A DNA stretch of 64,000 nucleotides from contig JAJEAG010000021.1 in NCBI GenBank assembly GCA_022824265.1, positions 22,577 to 86,576 of the forward strand, in the 5' to 3' direction. Shown one piece after another: positions 38,518 to 46,480 of this stretch. Below the pieces are notes generated by a model. That model was not told the DNA's origin. It saw only the letters and a list, made by a program, of their open reading frames with translations, and ran no database searches. How positions within the stretch are numbered: position 1 is the first letter of the stretch; every line of letters begins with the position of its first letter. Origin of the DNA: Candidatus Poribacteria bacterium (GTDB lineage: Bacteria > Poribacteria > WGA-4E > WGA-3G). Position numbers and translations under genes: made by a program.

Positions 38518-39591
38518 TTATCCGTTTTGTCTCCGCTGCATTTCGGTGTTGACGGCGCGAATACCCATCGCCGTCTCGTTAATCTGATTGTTTGCGTGGT
38601 CGCGAAATCCGTACTTGCGTGCGTGGTTCTTAATGTAGGCACCACACAGATGGTATCCGACGCATTGCGGAATATCCCAGAGCGCGTCCATCACTTGGCG
38701 ATAGTGGTCTACATCATGCAAGCGGTCCGCTGTCGGGGGCCATCCGGCATCACCGTGGGTGCGTATATGCCCCGCCGCGTCTGCCAGGAGCACCGGTTTG
38801 TCTGCGAAGTCTGCCCAGTGCCGCATCTTCGTGGTGATATTCTCTACTGTCCCAAAACATTGAAAACTGAGCACATCAACGTAGGGCAGTGCCGCATGGA
38901 CCACCTCTTCTGGAAGTGCTGCGTTTGCCTCCCATCGGTCACCGAGGATTAAGTGGTTCGGGTCGTAGCGGCGGATAACGTCATGGGTGACCCTATAGTA
39001 GCGTTCGGCAATCGCAGAGAGTTCACGGCGGCCTGCCGCTGATTCGAGCAGGTCTGGATCGACTAACGACCCACGCCATTTCGTGTCAGGCGAGGTATGC
39101 ACCCACTGCGGACAATCGCAGTAGAAGTAACCAATCAGTTTCGGATCATCGCGCAAGCGGGAGCACACATCGCGGGCAACGTAGTCACACCACTCCTCAA
39201 AATCGGCACGCATCAGGTCGGGCATACGCACCTCAACTTGCCATTGATGTGCCTCGGTGAAAGGGAGCAGGTGGCAGTAAGGCATATCCGCCCATTGGTA
39301 TTCTTCATAAGTAAAGGGGCGCGAATGTCGATGGTAACCTTGCGTGATAATTACGACCTCTTGGGTCCAGCCAATCGTGTTAAAGCCCCAATCCCGCAAG
39401 TCATTGGCGACTGCGCGTAGCCAATGTTCATGGCTGTTGCCGAACTCTCGGTTCCATACATCGTCCGAGTCTGTATACCGCAACGCGGCCGAGTCGATAT
39501 GGTTCATGCCGATGGACCAGAATCGCGCACCTTCCGGTGTGATAAACCACCAACGCCCGTCTCGCTTCTCAATCGTGTAACAGTCTGCCAT
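38518..39591 (-). CDS. Glycoside-hydrolase-like (TIM-barrel type) protein; the function call is tentative
   Basis: The start is at the ATG at 39591, after an AGGAG RBS. The 'RWWFITPEGARFWSIGMNHID' N-terminus and 'GFNTIGW' resemble GH-clan proteins. G+C is clearly higher than in the neighbours. Confidence 0.5.
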   Translation of the reverse strand: MADCYTIEKRDGRWWFITPEGARFWSIGMNHIDSAALRYTDSDDVWNREFGNSHEHWLRAVANDLRDWGFNTIGWTQEVVIITQGYHRHSRPFTYEEYQWADMPYCHLLPFTEAHQWQVEVRMPDLMRADFEEWCDYVARDVCSRLRDDPKLIGYFYCDCPQWVHTSPDTKWRGSLVDPDLLESAAGRRELSAIAERYYRVTHDVIRRYDPNHLILGDRWEANAALPEEVVHAALPYVDVLSFQCFGTVENITTKMRHWADFADKPVLLADAAGHIRTHGDAGWPPTADRLHDVDHYRQVMDALWDIPQCVGYHLCGAYIKNHARKYGFRDHANNQINETAMGIRAVNTEMQRRQNG

Positions 39592-39793
39592 GCTGTTGAC
39601 GCTCCTTTCATCTTCTTGACAATCTTTAACCATTGTAGCAGTTTACACGATTTGTGACGATCTTTTCATGTAAATGAGGCTATTTAGTTAGCAAAGATTT
39701 TGATATGTTCTATCACAGATGTTATCCGTGTTCTTCCGTGTTTTCCGCTATTCTGACCACCCATCGATTCAGATATGAAAAAGTTAGAATTGC

Positions 39794-39961
39794 TCAATGA
39801 TCGCTAAAACCCCTATATAGTAGACATTTCCACTGATAAAGACTGAGGCTTTTCAGATGCCGATAAAGCGTAGCAGTCGGGATCGCCAAGGCAGTTGCCA
39901 ATTGATGCGGATTATAGAGTCCAAACAGATGACCGGTTGAAGCAAAAGCAAGACTTCTCAC
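39794..39961 (-). pseudogene. Short remnant ORF with a helix-turn-helix ('QLATALAIPTATLYRHLK'), possibly a decayed recombinase, transposase or regulator gene
   Basis: The 55-codon frame starts at a GTG. An out-of-frame 27-codon ORF with a perfect AGGAGG RBS (ATG at 40041) runs into it, which suggests a frameshifted gene. Confidence 0.3.
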
Positions 39962-40251
39962 AGTTGTGATGTCATCTTTCGGAAGTTAGAATAGAGAAGT
40001 ATTTGAAAATACATAACTGATTTGATAAGATGTTGTTGCATGGGATAGCCTCCTAAAATGTAATAGGTGAACTTTTATCATTTAGGATGATATCTCATGC
40101 ACTAAAAGTCAAGAAAAAATCAAAACAAAACGCATTTTCATAGCGTTTTACATGCTAAATGTTGATTGCTATCAGCTTAAACACTATTATGAGAAATATC
40201 AGCTAATTTATTTTTTAATTTTCATATATCGTCCCATTTCAGGTTTATAGG

Positions 40252-40779
40252 TTATTCACTTTCAAATTCAAGTTTTGCAAAACGGAGAAAAATACCTCCA
40301 CCTGGTCTTGCCAGAGGACCGTTGATGGCTAAACATGCAATCACATGTGTTGCACCCGGTTCAGCGTTATCAGTTACAACGACGCGTTGCGGGGCATTGA
40401 AACCAGAAGCAGCACCCCGTCCAGACTCTCCAAAAGCTAAGTCAATTTCACCGTTGACCCATACCTCACCGTAATCATCTATACAAGTATGAAACCATAC
40501 CTTTGAACCAGCAACGGACTTTCCGTCAACTTCTTCAGGAATAGTGACAGTAATCCGATACCAACCAAAGCAAAGACCTTGTAAGACAACTTCTTGGATA
40601 TTTTCACAAACATCCCAGTCTGAATCGTCATAATCACCAAGACGAGCTGGTGAGTCTGCCATTAGATTAACTAAGCCGCCATTAGGTTCACCAGGAACGA
40701 GTCCTTCTGCAAACTTCCAATGTGAATTTGTTAATTCAAGGTGTTCAGCATTTTCTAAATCAAGTTCAGCAATAATCAT
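40252..40779 (-). CDS. Stand-alone galactose-binding-domain-like protein (GH2 N-terminal sugar-binding type); tentative
   Basis: 'GWYRITVTIPEEVDGK....KVWFHTCIDDYGEVWVNGE' matches the GH2_N pattern. The ATG at 40779 overlaps the TGA of the upstream MFS gene (ATGA). Confidence 0.45.
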   Translation of the reverse strand: MIIAELDLENAEHLELTNSHWKFAEGLVPGEPNGGLVNLMADSPARLGDYDDSDWDVCENIQEVVLQGLCFGWYRITVTIPEEVDGKSVAGSKVWFHTCIDDYGEVWVNGEIDLAFGESGRGAASGFNAPQRVVVTDNAEPGATHVIACLAINGPLARPGGGIFLRFAKLEFESE

Positions 40780-41972
40780 ATATGTTCCTTCCTTAGTTTT
40801 AGTTTTGCCCGCCAAAGTTTATAGGCGATACATGTTGAACAAATCAGGAATATTCCTGCGATAAAAAAAGGTAAATGGATAGAGACATTGATAAGTAGTC
40901 CGCTTACGACATAACCGAGTAGGAATCCAGTGCTCCATGCCATATGTGTCAGTCCTACTCCGTGCCCCTTTTCATGTGATTCTGTAAATTCGTTGATAAA
41001 CCGTGGTATAGTGGTAGATAGTGACCATGCAGCACCTGCACCAAGAATACCGAATATTTCCAAACCAACTAAAGAATCGTGATAAAATACCAGACCAAAT
41101 GCGAGTATTGTGACAAATACATTTGCTACTAATGCAGGAATTCTGTGACCCATTATATCACATATTTTGCCTGTAACGAACTGACATGCAAATGCAAATA
41201 ATAGGCTAAATGCACCATAATAGCCTGTGACCTTTTCTCCTGCGATATTTTTTATCAAGATGGGCATGAGTAGGTTCACAGAACCCCAATAATATGTTGG
41301 AAAGATGCGTAGACCAATAAGCATCCGTATGTTAGATCGACGGCATAAGTTAATGTAGTTTCCAACGTTTAATGTAGATTTCCATAACCCTTCCTTTCTC
41401 TGTTGTATGTTGTCCCTATGTTGTCTAAGCCGAGGTAGAAAAAACAAAGCAGATACAAACAGTATACCAGACAGAAAAACTGCACCAATTCCGAATACAT
41501 TGTAGTCAATTCGGTGAATTATTTCTCCTGCAATTGCATTTCCGATTGCACTGCCAACTGTGCTACTGATAAAATATAGTCCTGTAGCAAACCCTAAACG
41601 TTCCGATGAAACAGAACTGATAAGATAAGATTGTCCGCCTGCTGTTTTGAAACCTGATGCTATTCCTTCATAACAGAGAATACCCCAAATAAATAACGGT
41701 ATTTGTGTTATAAAAAGGCTCCCAATAACCACTGCCCCTGTAATACCGATGAGTAAAGTGGGTTTTCGTCCGAATCTGTCGCTTAACGTTCCTCCAATTA
41801 GTGCAGTTATACCTCCCAGACCTATAGGTATCGCACGTATTAATGATGCAAATAGAGGATTTTCATCTAATACTGCTACTGCATAAACCGGAAAGAAGAA
41901 ATGAACGGGTCCGGTAATTAATCCGATAACAAACACGACGAGACATAAAGAAAAAAATCCTCGCGTCCACAT
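40776..41972 (-). CDS. MFS transporter
   Basis: 398 aa with about 12 hydrophobic helices and the 'GGTLSDRFGRKPTL' motif-A loop between TM2 and TM3. Confidence 0.85.
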   Translation of the reverse strand: MWTRGFFSLCLVVFVIGLITGPVHFFFPVYAVAVLDENPLFASLIRAIPIGLGGITALIGGTLSDRFGRKPTLLIGITGAVVIGSLFITQIPLFIWGILCYEGIASGFKTAGGQSYLISSVSSERLGFATGLYFISSTVGSAIGNAIAGEIIHRIDYNVFGIGAVFLSGILFVSALFFLPRLRQHRDNIQQRKEGLWKSTLNVGNYINLCRRSNIRMLIGLRIFPTYYWGSVNLLMPILIKNIAGEKVTGYYGAFSLLFAFACQFVTGKICDIMGHRIPALVANVFVTILAFGLVFYHDSLVGLEIFGILGAGAAWSLSTTIPRFINEFTESHEKGHGVGLTHMAWSTGFLLGYVVSGLLINVSIHLPFFIAGIFLICSTCIAYKLWRAKLKLRKEHI

Positions 41973-42029
41973 CAGATTAAACCAGTAAATTGTTCCATAA
42001 CAAAAGCCTGATTAAATGTTGATATTTTA

Positions 42030-43664
42030 TTACCATTGCGAACTTATCCGAAGCAAACTATCTGTAATATTGGGTGCAGCAGTACCAAGTCCGCAAGCAC
42101 TTGTTGCCTTCATCACCGATCCGATTTCAGTAATCAGTTCCTTCGATTTTGTATTAATCGGATCAGACAATAATTCTGTGAGTCTATGAGTCCCAATGCG
42201 ACATGGAAAACATTTCCCACAAGATTCTTCAGCAAAAAATTCCATTGCGTTGTGTGCAACATCAAGCATATTTCGTGTATTGTCAAAGACCATTATACCA
42301 CCTGCCCCGAGCATAGCACCAACCTTTTGAAAACTCGGTTCGTCAATAGTGATGTCTAATTCTTTTTCTCCGATAAATCCTCCTGACAATCCAGCGGAAG
42401 TAATTGCTTGAATAGTACGTCCTTCATAAGGTCCATCCGCCCAATCGTATAACAGTGTTTTTAGTGGTAGTCCAAACGGAACTTCGTAATTTCCAGGTTT
42501 TTGTATATCTCCTGATAGACTTATGATTTTTGTTCCAGATAGATCCTTATCAAAACTCAAGTTTTTATACCACATAGCACCGTGTCGCAGAATTTGTGTT
42601 GCAGCGGCAAGTGTCTCTACATTGTTGACTACAGTAGGTAGGTTTTCAAAACCGTGTGTTACTGGGTATGGAGGTCTGTTTCGCGGAAATGGATGTTTTC
42701 CTTCTAAACTGTTCAGCAGTGAACCTTCTTCTCCACACACATAAGCCCCTGCACCACGTCTGATATAAATGTGAAAGTTAAATTGCTCTCCAAGTATGTT
42801 ATCTCCAAGGTATTCAGATTCTTCTGCTTCAGAGAGTGCTCGTTCAAGTGTTTTCAAGATTTCAGGATATTCATAACGGAGATAGATAAATCCTCGTGTT
42901 GCACCTGTTGCATAAGCTGCGAGTATCATTCCTTCAATTATAAGATGTGGTGCATAATCAAGAATGACTCTATCTTTGAAACACCCAGGTTCACCTTCAT
43001 CTGCATTGCAAACAATAGTTTTTGGTTCTCCCGACGCATTCAGAACTGATTCCCACTTCATTCCTGTTGGGAATCCTGCCCCACCTCTACCTGCAAGTTG
43101 ACTCTCTTTTAATATATTAATAACTTCAGTGGGAGTTTGTGATTTGATTGCATTTTTTAAAGCATCATACCCACCCTTGTGTTGGTAACCTTCTATTGTG
43201 TTGTAATGTGTTTCTCGGATATCTGCGAATATACATTCTTCACCGCTACCTGGGTAGGATGGTGGTAAAGGTGTGGGATGAATCTTTAGTTTATCTGCAA
43301 TTCTACCTGTGAATACTTGATGACCTCTTAAAACAGGAACACAGTCATCACATCTTCCAGCACACGGCATTGGTGTTGCATCCTCGGTTTTCAGTTCTTT
43401 AAGGATTTCTAAACCACCTTGTAATCTACAAACAGGACCGGTACAGACGCGCGATGCGTTTTGTCCTGGTGCTTCTCGTGCGAAATGGTGATAAAAGGTA
43501 AGAGTGCCATATAATTCGGCAAGTGGGATTCTGAAACCTATTGCAATTTCACTTAATGCATCTTCTGAAATAAAACCATCCCTATCATGGATGGCATGTA
43601 ATATACTTAGAAGTGGAGCAGGTGCGTTGCACCATTTTGCAATCAGTTCCGAATTTGTTACCAT
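42030..43664 (-). CDS. NuoE-NuoF fusion-type NAD(H)-binding flavoprotein (complex I / HoxF / formate-dehydrogenase-beta family), solitary
   Basis: The N-terminal [2Fe-2S] thioredoxin-like part is 'CTGPVC....CAGRCDDC'. 'GRGGAGFPTGMKW' is the FMN site. Also present: 'CNADEGEPGCFKDR' and 'ESCGKCFPCRIGT' (N3 cluster). Confidence 0.85.
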   Translation of the reverse strand: MVTNSELIAKWCNAPAPLLSILHAIHDRDGFISEDALSEIAIGFRIPLAELYGTLTFYHHFAREAPGQNASRVCTGPVCRLQGGLEILKELKTEDATPMPCAGRCDDCVPVLRGHQVFTGRIADKLKIHPTPLPPSYPGSGEECIFADIRETHYNTIEGYQHKGGYDALKNAIKSQTPTEVINILKESQLAGRGGAGFPTGMKWESVLNASGEPKTIVCNADEGEPGCFKDRVILDYAPHLIIEGMILAAYATGATRGFIYLRYEYPEILKTLERALSEAEESEYLGDNILGEQFNFHIYIRRGAGAYVCGEEGSLLNSLEGKHPFPRNRPPYPVTHGFENLPTVVNNVETLAAATQILRHGAMWYKNLSFDKDLSGTKIISLSGDIQKPGNYEVPFGLPLKTLLYDWADGPYEGRTIQAITSAGLSGGFIGEKELDITIDEPSFQKVGAMLGAGGIMVFDNTRNMLDVAHNAMEFFAEESCGKCFPCRIGTHRLTELLSDPINTKSKELITEIGSVMKATSACGLGTAAPNITDSLLRISSQW

Positions 43665-43895
43665 CTATTTGTCCAATATCATTACACTAATTTCTTTTTA
43701 AACTACGCATTTTGTTTTTCGTTAGAATATTCCTGATCTTTTGAAACCGTAATTAGAGTATCAGATTTTGATGTTATGGTCAACTTTTTTATATACACGT
43801 GTTGTGCTATTTAACAATGGGTGTGTTTATATTTCATATGTTCACTTCGTTGAGGTTTGAATGCTGCAATTTTCAGATACCCGACGACCTCAAAG

Positions 43896-43961
43896 GTAGG
43901 AGGGCACTCCGATTCTCGACTAACGATATGTTTCGTCGCGATTCGGAAATCGCTCCTACAG
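43896..43961 (+). repeat. 66-nt repeat with GTAGGAG/CTCCTAC termini (family R3)
   Basis: It aligns end to end with 61436-61501 ('GTAGGAGGG.ACT.CGATTC..GAC...TTTCGTCGCGATTCGGA.ATC.CTCCTACAG'). Confidence 0.85.
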
Positions 43962-44190
43962 AGGAATAACTTTAGTAAATAGTCATAATTAATGGTAAAC
44001 TGAATGGCTCTGAATGAAAATTGGAATAACCGATTTAATAACTTTATCTGCATTTAGTTGTTTTTAGTTGTTTTTTAGTCGTTTTTTTTATATTTTTGGT
44101 TAAGTGTCCTCGATCCTGTAGTGATAAGGGTTTAAGTCGGTTTTTATTATTGACGGAAATTAAAAAAAACAACTAACAGCAAGTTTTTTT

Positions 44191-44440
44191 TAGTCGTTTT
44201 TTCGGTTTTGTGTTTTGATATGTTGTCATTGCCTTGCAGAAGTATTGTGTGATTTATTTGAAGATTTCGTTTTTGGATTTGGCAGATTGTCATTGGGTTC
44301 CTCTATTTTGTAAGTTGTGTGTTGGTTGTTGGGTTATATTATACTTGATGGTCGTTCGTTTTTGTAGTGTTATTGATTTTGATAACAATATATATCCAAT
44401 ATGTTTAATGTCCGTTTCAGTTTTTTGGTTTAGTCTTCAG
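44191..44440 (+). repeat. TG-rich, C-poor interspersed repeat, copy B
   Basis: It aligns with 28480-28666. It carries a 64-nt extra segment bounded by the direct repeat TTGTCATTG (44223-44231 and 44287-44295). Confidence 0.85.
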
Positions 44441-44453
44441 TATTGACTAAACC

Positions 44454-44485
44454 GGGATTTTCAGGATAATAGGTCGCTCCTACAG
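44454..44485 (+). repeat. Short repeat 'GGATTTTCAGGATAA.AGGTCGCTCCTACA' (family R2)
   Basis: The reverse-complement copy is at 52554-52583. Both sit immediately 3' of a TG-rich repeat copy, read in the TG-rich orientation. Confidence 0.85.
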
Positions 44486-44757
44486 AAGAAAGATTGCCAA
44501 TAAATAACAATGGTTGAATCCAGTATGGATAATATTATTAGAATTGGTATAAGTATATCAATGATTGGAGATTGCTGCCCCTTGCTTAAACATTCGAACC
44601 GAATTCGCAATAAACACACTAATCAATTCAACGTCAAAATTAAAAACACCTATTTGAGTAATATATACTGTCCTGATTAACTGGGACAGGAAGGATTCTG
44701 ACAATTCGCAGTCTACTCGGTCTCAAGAAATACGTTAAACAATATCAATACGCAGTT

Positions 44758-46467
44758 TTGATCAGTTTCATACTTGTGGTTCTGACAAATGGGTTACTGC
44801 TGATCAGTCCAAAAATCTTACAAACATTTTTTGATGAGTTAGAACAAGCGTATCGGGATATAAACATCACCGTATCTCATGATCGGATATTGCTTTTTGC
44901 CTCACTCCTTTTTGGAGTAGCACTGATCGGTGGGATAATACGTTTTGCACAAAGACGGATTATCCAAGGTGTTGCTCGTAAGATAGAATTTCATCTACGT
45001 GCCGATTTCTTTCTCCATCTTCAAAAACTCTCCGCATCATATTACGATAATGTCCGAACTGGCGATTTGATGACGCGTGCCACGAGTGATCTAAACGCAA
45101 TTAGGATGGTTCTTAGTAGTGCGATTATGTATACTGCTGATGCTACCGTATTTTTTGGTTTGGCACTTGTCATTATGCTTCGTATTGATACAAGTTTGAC
45201 ACTTGTCGCATTGTTGCCCTACCCGATTCTTGCATTGGTTATTCGTTTCCTTGGTAAACGTCTACATGCGCGTTATGAACGCATTCAAGATGCCTTTTCT
45301 GTGATGAACACAAAAGTGCAGGAGAATTTATCAGGCGTGCGTGTCGTGAAAGCATATACATTGGAAGCGAATGAAATTGACCACTTCAATGGATTAAATC
45401 AAGAATTTGTCCATCGCAACCACATGCAGATTAAATTGATGTCTTTCTTCTTTCCGTTGTTCCGTTTTCTACCGGGAATAGGTATTGTTGTGCTGCTCTG
45501 GATGGGTGGACTCCATGTTATTGATGGAAAAATAACACTTGGTGATTTTGTTGCATTCCAAGCATACCTTATGATGCTTGTACGCCCAATGATTACACTC
45601 GGTTTCATTGTTAATACCTTTGAACGTGGTGCAGCATCTATGGATAGGATTAATGAAATCCTTAACGAAGAACCTGAAATATATGATTCGGAACGTGTAA
45701 AATGGAATATAAAAAATATTGAAGGTGAAATAGTATTTAAAAACCTGAATTTCTCCTATACGGATGGGCAAACCGTACTTAAAAATATAAATCTAAAAGT
45801 CAACAAAGGCTCTACCCTTGCGATTGTTGGGGGAACTGGCTCAGGAAAATCCACATTTGTAAACCTTATTCCGCGTATACGTCAAGCAGAACGGGGAACC
45901 ATATTTATTGATGGAACTGATATACAGGACATACCATTAAGTATTCTACGTTCAAATATCGGGTTTGTCGAACAAGAACCATTTCTATTTTCTGACTATT
46001 TACGGAATAACATCGCTTATGGGATGGAAACACCGAATGACGATGAGATTAAAGAGGCAGCGCACACAGCAGACCTGTTAGCACAAATTGAAGAATTTCC
46101 TGATGGATTACAAACATTGCTTGGTGAACGTGGCATGACAATATCAGGTGGACAACGACAACGTAGTGCTCTGGCACGCGCAATATTGATCAAACCTAAA
46201 ATACTCATCCTTGATGACGCATTCGCAAATGTTGATACACAGACTGAGGACACAATACTAACCAGACTGTCGGAAATTATGAAGGATAGGACAACCATAC
46301 TAATTTCACATAGAATTTCAACAGTTAAAGGCGCGGATAACATAATCGTTTTGAATGACGGTAGCATTGTGGAGTCAGGAACGCACGAGCAGCTTCTAAA
46401 TAAAAATGGCATTTACGCAGGTATATATGAAACACAACTCCTTCAGGATGAACTTGAGGAACTTTAA
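44758..46467 (+). CDS. ABC exporter, fused permease/ATPase subunit (heterodimer partner 1)
   Basis: It has a six-helix TMD, Walker A 'GGTGSGKST', signature 'ISGGQRQR' and Walker B 'ILILDDA'. The frame is open upstream to 44677 and encodes the family-typical 'LLGLKKYVKQYQYAVL', so the true start is probably a non-ATG codon near 44695-44704. Confidence 0.9.
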   Translation: MISFILVVLTNGLLLISPKILQTFFDELEQAYRDINITVSHDRILLFASLLFGVALIGGIIRFAQRRIIQGVARKIEFHLRADFFLHLQKLSASYYDNVRTGDLMTRATSDLNAIRMVLSSAIMYTADATVFFGLALVIMLRIDTSLTLVALLPYPILALVIRFLGKRLHARYERIQDAFSVMNTKVQENLSGVRVVKAYTLEANEIDHFNGLNQEFVHRNHMQIKLMSFFFPLFRFLPGIGIVVLLWMGGLHVIDGKITLGDFVAFQAYLMMLVRPMITLGFIVNTFERGAASMDRINEILNEEPEIYDSERVKWNIKNIEGEIVFKNLNFSYTDGQTVLKNINLKVNKGSTLAIVGGTGSGKSTFVNLIPRIRQAERGTIFIDGTDIQDIPLSILRSNIGFVEQEPFLFSDYLRNNIAYGMETPNDDEIKEAAHTADLLAQIEEFPDGLQTLLGERGMTISGGQRQRSALARAILIKPKILILDDAFANVDTQTEDTILTRLSEIMKDRTTILISHRISTVKGADNIIVLNDGSIVESGTHEQLLNKNGIYAGIYETQLLQDELEEL

Positions 46468-46480
46468 AGAGGAATAACAG

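Noticed and set aside
43811-44053. 80-aa minus-strand ORF, and similarly the 89-aa ORF at 61363-61632.
   Set aside because: Both run across R3/R6 repeat copies and have no start context or recognisable composition. They are probably repeat-derived.
44055-44089. Three tandem TAGTYGTTTTT units considered as a mini CRISPR or a satellite.
   Set aside because: The units are 11 nt long with no spacers and there are only three, so this is not a CRISPR. They are kept only as part of the region B finding.
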